From: an uncultured Acidobacteriota bacterium
GTDB taxonomy: Bacteria > Acidobacteriota > UBA6911
Reading direction: 5' to 3'
NCBI GenBank assembly: GCA_963809485.1
Contig: CAWEJX010000020.1
Span: forward strand, 384,001-448,000
Length of the DNA stretch: 64,000 bases
Shown: one piece after another, positions 40,669 to 53,026 of the stretch
How the letters are laid out: each line of letters opens with the position of its first letter
Numbering within the stretch: position 1 is the stretch's first letter
Notes under the pieces: generated by a model
What the model was told of the DNA's origin: nothing
Databases searched by the model: none
The model's input: the letters and a program-made list of their open reading frames with translations, nothing else
Made by a program: the position numbers and the translations under genes

Positions 40669-43600
40669 CTAGAAATCAAGCGCCATATTCATCTGTATCT
40701 TTCGGGAGCCTTGAGTGGTCGTAATCTGCCCGAAAGTCGGAATGCCAACCATCGTTGACGGGTTTCCCCAGCGCACGATATTGAATGGATTGACAAAATC
40801 AGCGCCCAAACGGAAATTGACCCGTTCTGTGATGGCAATGGCTTTTGAAATCGAGAAAGATTCGGATTTCATCCAGGGTCCCCGGGCCCAGTCCAGATAT
40901 CGGGCAGTATTGCCAAACGAGAATAGGGCAGGGCTCGTAAATGCTTCCGGATTCAAATAGACGTCCGAGTACGGATTCCAGGTGCTGAAATCCGTCTTGG
41001 CATAAACCGGCTTCCCATTGTAATTGGCGTACACCATCGGAATGAAGGAGGAGTATCCGAGCGTACCCGCAAAGGGGTTGATCCCCCAGACTTGCAGCGC
41101 GGCACCCGACTGGTAACGCAGGAACCCGGTGATAGTCCAACCCCCCACCAAGCCGTCGACCAGCCTGGAAGCGGATCCCAGGAAGTGCCTGTTCTTTCCG
41201 AACGGCAGATCGTAGGAGAAATTCAGGCCGAAAATCGCGGCCGGCACCCCGGGATCGATCGCGGTTGGGTTGGACCCGGGGTATTGGCGCGAGCCTTCGG
41301 CGAAATTGGCATAGGTGGTGCTTCCTCCCGAGGAATTGGTGAGGCCCTTCGCCCATGTGAAAAAGCCCAAGGCAGACAAGCCTTTCGAAAAGCGCTTTGT
41401 CGCCTTCAACTGAAGCGAATGGTAGCTCCCCTTGCCGATGGGCAGCAGTGCAACGTCGCCCTGCACAAACGTGTACTGGGGATAAGGCTTCAGCGACTGT
41501 GCAACGGTATTGGCACCCTGCTGTTCGGCAAATCCCGGATAGGGCTCTTTGAATCCCGAAGCCTGTGCCCAGGGCGAATTGATCGGCTGAATGAGCAGAA
41601 AGCCAAGGCCCAGTTTGTCTTCAGGCACGTAATTGAATTGAGAAACGCCGCTGCCGACCGTGAGGTGCGTCGATCGGCTTCCCAGATAGCTCGCCTCTAA
41701 AGAAAAGTTTGGCAGCAGTTCATGTTGAACAACGAGGCTCCAGTTTACGACCTGCGGCAGCCTGGCAGCATCACGGGGGATATAGCTGATTGCCTGGCCG
41801 TTCAGAAATGTGGGATCAATAAGCGGCGGTTTCTTGAAGTTCTGAGGGAAGGGCTCCTCATTCCAGTAAAAGATGGGAGTGAAGCCGTCCGCAGAACTGA
41901 AAGTTGGCGTACCACTGTACCCGAGAGCGCCCGTAGTCAGGAACGGCTGAACGTTTCCGCTGTTGGAGAAGACGATTCCGGCAGATGCGCGGACAATCGT
42001 TTTCGGATTCAGCTGGTATGCAATTCCAAGGCGGGGCCCAAATCCCTTGCGCCAGGGATCCTGGAACTGGCCGCCGATTTTTCCGGTTCCTGTTCCGGCA
42101 TAGGCGAGCGCGCCGGGAAGGTTCCCCGCACCCGCGTTGGGGATGTCGGGTTGAAAGCTCGTCATGTAATCGTTCACCTCATACATGGGCGAGTTGTAGT
42201 CCCACCGCAGACCGTAGGAAACGGTCAGGTTCTTGGTGGCGCGCCATTCATCCTGAGCAAATATCGCGTATTGCCGGAATCGCAGCTGGGTCGCGAGAGA
42301 AATGTAGGCGCTTGCCTGGTTGACTGCGCCGAGCAGGAAAGAAGCAAAAGCGCTCCCGGCATTCTGATCCGCAGTTGTGGCCGTTGAAGAATTCGAGAAT
42401 GTGAAGGATCCGGACTGTCCTCCGAAATGGCGGTCCTCATTGTTCAGCTGAACGGAAAAGCCAAACTTCATGGTATGTTTGCCGCGGATCCAGGAAAGGT
42501 TTTCGTTAAAGCCGAAACGATGTTCCAGCCAGTCTTCGTCATAGGATCGTGCCAAAGGCGGCAGGCGCACCGACTCCACCCGAAAAGCTGATGGAGGGAA
42601 AAGAACCATCGTCGGCCGGAATGCCTTGAATTCCCAAGTTTCTGATCCCAGCCCTGTCCCACAGTCTTGTTGGCTCCGCGGTTATAATAATTATCCGCTG
42701 AGAACGTAAAATGGTTCACCACCGTATTGGTGATGATGTAATCGTGATTCAGGCGCACCTTCCAGCTGTTTGCCAATTGGTCCGTAACCAATGATCGATG
42801 GGGTTGGTTTGCGTTTCCCCCCATACAGGCTGAGGAATACGCCCGACTTCCCAGATAATCCGGTGATTGATTCGTTTGCTGTACATCACCGACAGTTTTT
42901 GTTTGTCGGAAAGGCTGTGGTCTACCTTTATCAGAGGGGAGTACACATTGAGGTAGGGCCATTTGTCATTCGCCCTGGACAGGAAGTTATTTGTTACCCC
43001 CGGCATGTCAGGCGGCGGAAGGTATTCCATAATCTTTTTGGCGGCATCGCTGATGCGCTCGGACGGGATTATGTTGTCTTTAAACGGATCCCGGACGATG
43101 GCTCCCCCTTCACCAATACGTGTGGTTTCCGGATCATATATGGTCACTCCGAGTTCGCTGAAATCCCCAGCCCTCTCTTTGAGCGACGGGATGGTCACCA
43201 GATCTCCCGCTGGCTCCCATCCTGGAATAGAAGAGCCCCAGGCTGCCAAAGAAGAAGGTTTTATCCCTTCCGTTATATACTTTGGGAATTACCACAGGTC
43301 CGCCAAGGGTGAATCCCCCTTCGTTTTGACTAAAGGGCGTCACATCCTTTGCGAAAAATTCCTTTGCGTTCAGCGCGCTGTTCCCAAGGTGGTCGAAGAT
43401 GCTCCCGTGAAGCTGATTGGTGCCCGATTTAATGGTGACATTGGTAAACCAGTTGCCGAATCCTCCGTATTCGGCATTAAATCCGTTTGCCACGACACTG
43501 AATTCACCGACCTGCTCGATGAGAGGGGATATCTCCGAATAACCGCCACGGGCGATGCCCCACTCGCTTGCCGGCCCTCCATCGAGAAAGACCTCCGTAT

Positions 43601-44162
43601 CTCCGGCTGCGCCACCGGTTGCATCGAGGCACGAACGAATCGCCCGACGTGAATCCGGGCAGATTCTGCAAAAGATCCGTAATGGAGCGTTGGTAGACCG
43701 AAACGATCAGGGGCAGCTTCTCCACAGTCGCTGACGGAAGCGCCGGTGGAATTACTGGTTGCCGAGACATCGAGCAGCGGCGCCTCCGCCGTTACCATGG
43801 ATATCTCGGTCACCGTTCCAATCTGAAGCATCGGCATCCACCCGGACCTGTACCTGGGCGCGCACCTCCACCGGCTCCCGGGAAAAGGTGGAAAAGCCTT
43901 CCGCCTGAATAACGACCCTGTAGGTAGCCACGGGAAGATTGGGCGCATTATACAATCCATCGCTGTTTGTGACCAGTTCGTAGGTACTGTTGGTGGCAGT
44001 CTGAATTATTTTTACCTTCGCGCCTGGAATGACTGCGCCCGAGGGGTCCTTGACCAGGCCCTGGATGGTCCCGCGATCGATTTGCGCAATCAGCGGGGTT
44101 ACCGAACAAAGGATTCCTGCTATGCAGAGAAACCACAAAAAATATCGGATACTTCGACGCAT
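40669..44162 (-). pseudogene. TonB-dependent receptor with carboxypeptidase-regulatory-like N-domain, broken by several frameshifts (assembly error or decay)
   Basis: Consecutive ORF pieces: signal + GTIQGLVKDPSGAVIPGA; NAEYGG...IKSGTNQLHGS; QDEWRATKNLTVSYGLRWDY; terminal RKIQMNMALDF. Confidence 0.85.
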
Positions 44163-44300
44163 ACCTGCCTCCTTTATCCTGCAAACGATGGCATGGTTTG
44201 CTCTTCACAACTCAGTGTAAGAAGCATTGCACGATTTCACTGGATTCAAATCTGGTCTGCCATGCTATTTCTGTAGCAATCGATTTGTCAAGCTTAAAAA

Positions 44301-44327
44301 TATTACATATATCATATATATGTAATA
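44301..44327. promoter_or_regulatory. Perfect 11-bp inverted repeat, candidate operator in the divergent promoter
   Basis: TATTACATATA-5 nt-TATATGTAATA; related half-sites nearby (about 44330 and 44507). Confidence 0.55.
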
Positions 44328-44597
44328 ACATATTACAAAACAGGTACTAGTCATTGCACATGGGCGCTGACAATCTGTCACCACGCAATAGGAGTTTTGT
44401 GCATTTTGGATTCCAATGTCACTATTTATGGGCAAGAGAGGATAGATGTATTGAAGAAAAAGCATTGACATAAGTTAATACATCCTGATAGTGATTGGCA
44501 CTGTAAATATGTAATATTCATTTGCTGCCAAAATGAGGACTTTTCCGGAAGCATGTCCCAACTTCCGAAACGTGCCTGGCTAAGAAAAAGGCATATC

Positions 44598-46100
44598 ATG
44601 AAAAACCAGGTTCAGCTTATTGCATACGTCGACCGCTTTTCCGGCGGAGGTTTCGGCGAATTAAATAGCCTGTTAAAAGGACCACTGGCCGGAGTCTTCG
44701 GCGGAGCGCACCTTTTGCCCTTTTTTACTCCCATCGACGGCGCCGATGCCGGATTTGACCCGATCGATCACACTCAGGTGGACGCACGCCTGGGAACATG
44801 GGAAGACGTGCGGGCTTTGAGCGGCACGGTCGAGCTTGTCGCGGATCTTATTGTGAACCACGTTTCCTCGTCGTCCCCGCAATTCCTTGATTTTTCAAAG
44901 AAGGGTCCGGCCTCGCAATATGCGGGCATGTTTCTCACCTTCGACCGGGTCTTCCCGGAGGGCGCGCGCGAATCGGATACTTCTGGGCATTTATCGGCCG
45001 CGCCCCACGCTTCCTTTCAGCCCCGTCACGCTGCACTCGGGCGAGAAGGAAATTGCTGTGGACTACATTCAATCCGGAGCAGGTGGATATCGATGTCCGC
45101 CACCCTCAAGCGGAAGCTTATCTGGATTCGATCCTCCGGAAGTTTCAGGCTGCGGGCATAAAGATGATACGGCTCGATGCCGTCGGGTATGCGATCAAAA
45201 AGCCCGGAACCAGCTGTTTCATGATCCCGGAAACCTTCGACTTTATCGCCGAGCTGACCGCAAAGGCCCGTGCGCTGGGCATCGAGGTCCTGGTCGAGAT
45301 TCACAGCCATTATCTGAAGCAGATCGAAATCGCCCGCCAGGTCGATTGGGTATACGATTTTGCACTGCCGCCGCTGGTGCTGCATGCGCTTTTTAGCCGC
45401 GATGCCCGTCCGCTGGCTCGATGGCTTTCCATCAGTCCGCGCAATGCGGTCACTGTCCTGGACACGCACGACGGCATCGGGGTGATCGATGTGGGCGCCG
45501 ATGCAGGCGGCAATCCGGGTCTCCTGTCGCCGGCCGAAATCGACAACCTCGTAGAGACCATCCACCAGCGAAGCCGGGGCCAAAGCAAGCAGGCAACCGG
45601 AGCGGCTGCCAGCAATCTGGATCTGTACCAGGTGAACTGCACTTTCCTGGATGCGCCTGGGAGGCCGGGAAACCGATTACCTGATTGCCCGTGCCCTCCA
45701 GTTCTTCGCGCCCGGAATTCCGCAGGTTTACTATGTCGGCCTTCTGGGAGGGACCAACGATATGGAGCTTCTCGCCCGCACCGGAGTGGGGCGCGACATC
45801 AACCGGCACTATTACACGGCTGCGGAAATCGATGCCGCACTCAGGCGTCCCTTGGTGCAAAAGCAGATCGAGTTGATACGGCTCCGGAATACGCATCCCG
45901 CATTCGCGGGCGAATTCCAGGTGGATGTTCCGACCGAAAGCCAGATACGAGCTCCAGTGGAGGCTGAAAGAACACTGGATAAAGCTTCACGCGGATTTAT
46001 CTGTTCCGAGCGCTTCCATCACGGGCACAGGAATCGAGCCATTGGACCATGTCGGATGCTGCGGATCACGGACTCAGTTCTGAAGAGGTACTCCTCATGA
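44598..46100 (+). pseudogene. gtfA: Sucrose phosphorylase (GH13_18), frameshifted
   Basis: MKNQVQLIAYVDR, ADAGFDPIDH, IYRPRP, RLDAVGY, EIHS, LDTHDGIG, NLDLYQVNCT, PGIPQVYYVG, GRDINR, spread over at least four frame segments; end approximate. Confidence 0.88.
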
Positions 46101-47358
46101 GCACACCGGCTGCCCCAAAACACAATCTGACGGCAATCAAGTGGCTCACGTTTCTGATGTTCATGATGTTTGCCATGACCACGGACTCGGTGGGAACCAT
46201 CATCCCTGAGGTCATCAAGGAATTCCATCTGAGCATGGTGGCGGCTGGAGCTTTTCACTATGCCCCCATGATAGCAATCGCGGTGGCGGCAATTTTCCTC
46301 GGGTATCTGGCGGATAAGCTTGGCCGCAAGAAGACCATCATTCTGGGACTCGTTCTTTTCGCGCTGAACTCCTACCTTTTTGCCGTGGGGAATTCATTCG
46401 CGTTTTTCCTCGCACTGCTTGTTATTTCCGGCGCCTCGATCGGAATCTTCAAAACAGGAGCTCTGGCGCTGGTTGGCGACATCTCGCTTTCCACTTCGGA
46501 ACACACCACCACCATGAATACGGTCGAAGGATTCTTCGGAGTGGGGGCAATCATCGGTCCGGCAATCGTGGCAAGGCTCCTGACGTCGGGACTTTTCCTG
46601 GAAGTGGCTGTACGTGATCGCGGGAACAATCTGTGTCCTGCTGATCCTGACGGCCCTGCTGGTGAAATACCCGAAGACCGTGAAGACAATGGATGAGCCG
46701 ATCGACTTCAAGCGCACGATGCGCATGATGAAAAACCCCTACGCTTTGGGATTTTCGCTTGGGATTTTTCTTTACGTTGCCGCGGAGTGCGCCGTTTACG
46801 TCTGGATGCCCACACTCCTGGCGGGATATTCAGGCTCTTTTGCTTTTATGGCGACCTATGCCATCTCCGTTTTCTTTATCCTGCGCGCGATCGGCCGTTT
46901 CCTGGGAGCATGGGTGCTGGCGCGATTTCACTGGACATCCGTCATGGCTCTTTTCAGCCTGGCGATTCTTGTCTGTTTTGCAGGCGCAATAGCAGGCGGT
47001 TTATCGCTTTGCCGTCTGGCTCATGCCTCTGTCCGGGCTTTTCATGTCCATGATCTATCCGACACTCAATTCGAAGGGCATCAGCTGCTTCCCGAAAACG
47101 GAGCATGGCGCCGTCGCCGGCGTGATCCTGTTTTTCACCTGCGCCGCTGCCGCTCTGGGGCCTTTGGCCATGGGAGCCGTCAGCGATGCATTCGGCCATC
47201 CCAAATACGGCTTTGTTCTGGCAACCGTATTCGCAGCGCTCCTGTTTGCGGGACTGCTTCTCAACTGGATATACAACCCAGCCGGAGAACGTCTGGCCAA
47301 GCTGGATTCGAGTGAATATCGGGCAGGAGGGTCCCTGGAACCGCAGAATATCGAATAG
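46097..47358 (+). pseudogene. MFS sugar permease (FucP-like), frameshifted
   Basis: LADKLGRKK, FLYVAAE, GLFMSMIYPT in three overlapping ORFs. Confidence 0.82.
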
Positions 47359-47425
47359 GGAATGTTGAATTTCGCAGTCTTTCTGCGGTTCGACATTCGA
47401 AATTCGATACTCAATATTTCGCGGT
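47338..47425. repeat. Palindromic 7-bp-unit repeat, second copy
   Basis: gaaccgca gaatatc gaatagg gaatgtt gaatttc ... ttc gacattc gaaattc gatactc aatattt cgcggt. Confidence 0.75.
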
Positions 47426-47549
47426 ACTTATGTTCCCGGCTGCTGTCAGAACATCGGAGAAAGGGCTTGCATCCGTATTGGTCAAACGGATGCGGCCTCA
47501 CCGGCGGAGCCGGTGGATGTCTCATTGGATCAGGAAAGGATCGTAGCAA

Positions 47550-48385
47550 ATGCATTTGAAAATCGCGGTGCTTACCCTGAGCGGTATGCTGATCAGCGTC
47601 CCGGCGCAGTGCCAACTCGTCGAACAATACAATCCGCCCCAGTCCAATTGCTGCCTGGCAATGGCCGCCAGGAGTCTTGCAGATCAGTTGCTGGACTGGA
47701 ATCAAATCGGCCGGTATCGACCGGAAAACCAGGCAGTTGAAGAAGCAGCCTCCCGATCCGAAGCGGGTGCTATTCATGGGAGACTCCATTACGGATTTCT
47801 GGAAACTCGCCGAGTCCTTTCCCGGCAAGCCTTATGTCAATCGCGGCATCAGCGGACAGACCACGCCCCAGATGCTGGTTCGCATGTATCCCGACGTGAT
47901 CGATTTGAAGCCCGCGGCCATGGTGGTTCTGGCCGGGATCAACGACGTTTCTCAAAACACAGGACCCGCAACAGCGGAAATGGTCGAGCAGAACATCATG
48001 GCCATGACGGAGCTCGCTCAGCATCACGGCATCAAGGTGATTCTCTGCTCAATTCTGCCGGTTAGCGATTACGCGTTTCTCAATCAGCAGAGCGGCCGGG
48101 GAGTTCGGCCTCCGGCTGCTCCAGGCGGCCGGGCGGCAATCCGTTTCGTTTGAGAGAAGGGTGACCGACACGCATCCGCCGGGCGACATTCTGAAACTGA
48201 ATGCCTGGATGAAAGATTATGCTTCGCGGGTGAATGCAGTTTACGCGGATTACTTCAGTGCTCTGGTGGACGACCGGGGGTGGCTGAAAGAAAGCTGCTC
48301 CGTTGACGGCATCCATCCCAACGCCGAAGGATACAAAATAATGGCGCCGATCGTTGAAGCCGCGATCCAAAAGGCGCTCCCCTAG
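47550..48385 (+). pseudogene. Secreted SGNH/GDSL hydrolase, frameshifted
   Basis: Signal peptide; GDSITD, RGISGQTT, GIND, DGIHP in three frames. Confidence 0.82.
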
Positions 48386-48439
48386 CCCCCGAAGGCGGCT
48401 GCGGCGCAACACGTGCAACTGATAAGAATGGAGTTGGAT

Positions 48440-49798
48440 ATGAGAATACCTCGGATCGTAATACTGACAGTTCTGATCGCCATGCTTCCTTATGGCGCTC
48501 TGCCTCAACCCCCTGCCTCCCCTTTCAAAGCCGGAGCGGCCAAGGTCGACATCACCCCGTTTGAAAATGAGCTGCCGAAAAATATCGAGGGAATCCTCGA
48601 CCGACTCTACTCCAGGGCGATCGTTGTGGATAACGGCGTCACCAGCGCGGCGCTGATTACGGCGATGTCGGCATGATTCCGGAGACCGTTTGGAAAAGCC
48701 TGTCGCAGAGAATGGAGAAAGAGCTGGGCATACCGGCTCAAAATGTGATATGAATCCGCAACTCATACGCACGCCGCTCCCATGAGGCCGGTTGGCGATT
48801 TTGAGGGCAAGATCTTCCAGTCCGCAAAAATGGCGCCAAGGAAAAACTCCGGCCCGCGCGCCTGGGCTACGGGACGGGTGTTTCCTACATTAACGTCAAC
48901 CGCAATATCATCGACCCCAAGACCACGCCGCTGGTGGGAAGGCCCCAACTATGAGGGTCCATCGGACAAAACCGTGGCGGTGGTCAGGTTCGAGACTGTC
49001 GATGGCGAGCCGATCGCGGTCTACTACAACTACGCATGCATGCGGTGACCGTGGGCCAGCTGGACATGATCAGCGGCGATGCTCCCGGCGCCGCGTCCCG
49101 ATATATCGAGGATTCTTTCGACGACAAAATTATTGCGGTGTGGTCCACGGGAGCCTGCGGAGACCAGAATCCAATCTATTTCCAGCAGACCTATGACCTG
49201 CGCGAGATACGAATCAAGGATTATGCGAAGCGCGGGGAAGACATCAGCAACTCCATGCCTCCCGGCGGACAGGGATTGAACAAGCAGGATCCTACGGTCA
49301 TGAGGCTGATGAACCAGCAAAAACAGATGATCCTTTCGATGGGCCAGTTCCTGGGTGAAGAGGTCCTGCACGTCATGCGGGGCATGGAACGCATGTCAAC
49401 CGGAGGGAAAATATTCGGAAGCCAAAAAATGGTCAGCTTCCCCGGCCGGGACAGGACGAACACAGGCCGCGCCGGATACGAGGGCACTTACAAGGACGGG
49501 AATCCGGTCGAAATCCGGTTGGGACTTCTACTGATCGATGACATCGCGGTCGGGACCATGCAATTCGGAGGTTTTCAACCTGATCGCGCAGCGTCTGAAA
49601 AAGGAATCTCCATTTGCCAGGACCATGATGGTAACCATAACCAACGGCATGTCCAATTCCGGCTATATACCCAATGATGCGGCATTCGGCTATCAGACGT
49701 TCGAAGTCCTATCGTCGCGATGCAAGCCCGGATATGCGGAAAACGCCATCGTCAACGGCATCCTGGACCTGATGGCCGAGTCCAAGCGTACCCCATAA
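48440..49798 (+). pseudogene. Neutral/alkaline ceramidase-like amidohydrolase, frameshifted
   Basis: AGAAKVDITP...ILDRLYSRAIV, ATHTHAAP (by frame joining), YYNYA.H, GACGDQNP, GYIPND. Confidence 0.72.
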
Positions 49799-49811
49799 TC
49801 GAAAATATTTC

Positions 49812-49855
49812 GGTAATCCCCGGCTTTGCCGGGCTTTCAGAGTTCGACGGCTCCG
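49812..49855 (+). repeat. Degenerate IS200/IS605-like left-end hairpin
   Basis: ggtaatccccggctttgccggg..cagagttcgacggctccg, compared with the reverse complement of the copy A end, ggtaaacccccggctctgccggtgg..ggagtttgacagctccg. Confidence 0.6.
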
Positions 49856-49929
49856 TTCCTGCGGGCGTTCCGACCTATGGGTTTGGCTGGGGATGAGGGA
49901 CCTGCCTTCTCGGTGCTGACGGCACCTCT

Positions 49930-50898
49930 TCATTGGGTGGCACGAGACCGGGTGTGGGCAAAATTCAGTGTGCTGTTGGAAAGTGGCGGAGTCGCCGATG
50001 GGTGGCCCGCAACATCCGATCCCATACGGTTCGCCAGTTCCATGGTGCTATGAATGTCCCACCCGAGAGCAAACCCGAACAGGATCCCGGCCGAGCATGC
50101 ATCCCCGGCGCCCACCGGATGTGGTGTTTCCTCCGTAGTTGCAGGGGTGGTCCTATCAAATTCTCCATCACGGGTCAGGACGACAGTTCCCTCAACGCCT
50201 CGGGTCACCACGATCGCTTGAGCGGGAAAGCGTTTGAGGAGCACTTCCATCCTCCGCCGGACTCCGTCAAGGGTTTGACCGGCGGAGCAGGAAATCCCCA
50301 ACAGATCAAAAATGGCAAACAGTTCGGACTGGTTCGCTTTGATGATAGTGGCAGTTTGGCAGCTATAGGCAACAATTTCCGGGGAATATCCGGCCTCCCC
50401 CGTCAGCGTATTTTGCCTGAGATTGACATCGTAGAGGCGAATCGCCTGCGGAGCATTCTGCAAAAAATTACGGATCGTACCGCGGGACACAGGGGATCGT
50501 TGTGCCAGGCTGCCAAAGCATATGGCCGAACACTGGCCAGCCAGTTCCTTGAGTGCGGGCCTGTCGGTCATGTAGTCCCACGCCGCTCCAGATTCTATCT
50601 GGTAGCCGGGTTCCCCATTTCGCATGAAGACCGATACCACACCGGTCGGGTGGCTGGGATCCTTTCCGATATAACGGGTCGACATCCGAAACCGGTGAAG
50701 CGAGTCAAGGATTCTTAATCCTCTTTGATCGGAGTTGATACAGCTTACGATAATTCCATGGCCGACGTCGAGCCAGCTGGCCAGTCGATGCGCATGGACA
50801 GCAAAGTTCAGCGGGGCTCCCCCCAGGGTCTCGCTTCCGTCTTCAAAGACATCGTAGAGGACTTCCCCAATCCCTACAAAAATCGATCGATTCATCAT
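49930..50898 (-). CDS. PfkB-family carbohydrate kinase (fructokinase-like)
   Basis: GIGEVLYD, GGAPLNFA, FGSLAQR, DVNLR, VGAGDA. Confidence 0.9.
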   Translation of the reverse strand: MMNRSIFVGIGEVLYDVFEDGSETLGGAPLNFAVHAHRLASWLDVGHGIIVSCINSDQRGLRILDSLHRFRMSTRYIGKDPSHPTGVVSVFMRNGEPGYQIESGAAWDYMTDRPALKELAGQCSAICFGSLAQRSPVSRGTIRNFLQNAPQAIRLYDVNLRQNTLTGEAGYSPEIVAYSCQTATIIKANQSELFAIFDLLGISCSAGQTLDGVRRRMEVLLKRFPAQAIVVTRGVEGTVVLTRDGEFDRTTPATTEETPHPVGAGDACSAGILFGFALGWDIHSTMELANRMGSDVAGHPSATPPLSNSTLNFAHTRSRATQ

Positions 50899-51399
50899 TG
50901 CCACCTTCAAAGCGCAGATACTCGGGAAACGATCCGCAACCGGCTTGAAGCCCGGAATCGATGCCGGACCGCTTTCCCCAGATTGGGAGCAACTCATGGC
51001 GCAACATGAGCCACAACGTTGATGGCACTGGTTCACAAAATCAGCTGATCAGATTTGCCTTCCTCACGACGAACACTTTCTCAAAATGGCAAACAACCAT
51101 TAAAATAATGTCAGATCATTTTTGCTATATTTGATAGATTAATGTCAATAAAAAGTATCAGGCACCTTACAGGTTTCGTTTCGCAGTCAATTATATTATC
51201 GGACCTCCAAAAAACCATAAAAAATCTATGTCGTTTAAAAACATTAACTTAACAAAATAATCCTTTTAATGACGAACACTCATCAGCCAATCCGATCACC
51301 TGAGAAAAAGTTGTATTGACATTTCTCAATCTGAATTTGTACTATCAGCTTTATCAAGGAGGAGTGGTGAGCGACCAGGAATTAATTCAGCCTTGGAAC

Positions 51400-52525
51400 A
51401 TGAAAAACCGGCATCGCGACGAACCAAACATCGCCAGGTTTTTGAACATGTTTCTGGCGGATATTGAATCGGGAAGGCTCAAAGAGGGAGAACGTCTTCC
51501 TTCTGAAACTGAATTGGTTAGGCAGTTCGCCACATCACGTCCCACAGTTGCCCGCGCATTGCGCGATCTCCAGAATTTGGGACTGGTTGAACGCAAAGTC
51601 GGTTCGGGCACCTATGTGCGCAGAAGCGCAGAAACCGATGGAATCGTGGCGCTTTGGGCTATTGATACCCGGGCTTGGCAGCACCGAGATTTTTGAGCCG
51701 ATCTGCGGCCAACTGGCTCGCATGGCCCAGAGACAGCACCATACGCTTCTTTGGGGCGATTTTGGTGACAGGCGCGGCGAGGCGGATCCGGAATTGATCG
51801 AACAGGTCTGCGACAGTTACATCCGGCAGACGGTCGCCGGAGTGTTTTTTGCCCCCCTGGAATTGACAGAGGACAAGGATCGGATCAATCAATCCGTCAT
51901 TGCGGCGCTGGAAGCCGCAGGGATTCCCATTGTCCTGCTGGACCGGGATATTGTGGCTTTTCCGCAGCGGAGCCGTTTCGACCTCGTCGGCATTGACAAT
52001 CGTCGCGCTGGTTTTCTTGTTGCGGACCATTTGATAAGCCTCGGATGCAGGCGAATCGACTTCCTGTGCACGACCGGACTCCGCCCCTACGGTGATGCTG
52101 CGCATCGCCGGATATCGCGAGGCTCTGTTGAGCAGCCGGAATCACGCCCGATCCACGATGGGTTCACAGCGGCGAGCCTACGGACGAGAAGTTTGTTCAG
52201 CGAAATCGTAGCCAATGGGGCAACAGCCATCATTTGCGCCAACGATCTGACCGCGGCCAATTTGATGCGGACTCTCGACACGCTGGGATGTCCTGTTCCT
52301 CAAAAAATACGCGTGGTCGGATTTGACGACGTCCGTTATGCGGAACTGCTGCGCCCGTCTCTGACCACGATTCACCAGCCATGTGTGGATATCGGCACCA
52401 TCGCAATGCAGGTGATGCTGGAGCGCATAGAAAATCCGGCATTCCCTCCACGCGATATTCTCGCCCAGCCGACCCTGATCGTGCGGCAGTCCTGCGGAGC
52501 TACAGGAAGATCTTCAAACAAATAG
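51400..52525 (+). pseudogene. GntR-HTH / LacI-type sensor regulator (AraR-like), frameshifted
   Basis: RLPSETELVRQFATSRPTVARAL in one frame; IVLLDR, ICAND, VVGFDD, LTTIHQP in another. Start approximate. Confidence 0.82.
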
Positions 52526-53026
52526 AATGGGCCCGGAAGATGGATATGCTGAACAAATCAGCAGGGTTCATTTGCCTGGCCAACTATCCTGTTATTTGCA
52601 GGCCGGCTCGGAAGGCCAGCCCATTGATTTGGATGCGGAGCCTATAACCGCCTGGATCAACAAAACCTTCCCGTTTCTCATCCTGAATACGTGGTAATCA
52701 GGGAGGCTGCCTGCAAAATGCACGAATGCAACCACAAGTCCTGCTTCTGGATCCACAAGAAATCGGCGCCTCGGGCTTTCGATGATTCCATGGCATACCA
52801 CCCGAAACCGATCTGTGCCTGTTGCGGGAGTTTTTCAGGTCTCCAATGTGTATTGGGGCCATGATTCTGCAGGATAGATATGGAAAGCGCCAAAGTCTGC
52901 ACCAAAGGCGCAAAAACGGGGACGCAGGATCCCGGAGTTTGCAGACGTGGTTTGAGTGTAACTATGGTATTTTTAAAGCGTCGTTGTATGAAAGTAGTGT
53001 TAATTCGGGAGAGGGAGGAGTCAGGA

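Noticed and set aside
42400-52200. Programmed frameshifting or phase variation
   Set aside because: There are too many breaks per gene and no long simple-sequence tracts or slippery-site-plus-structure pattern.
52856-52871. Sigma54 promoter upstream of the selenoprotein gene
   Set aside because: GG-N10-GC spacing is present, but the match to TGGCAC/TTGC is too weak to call.
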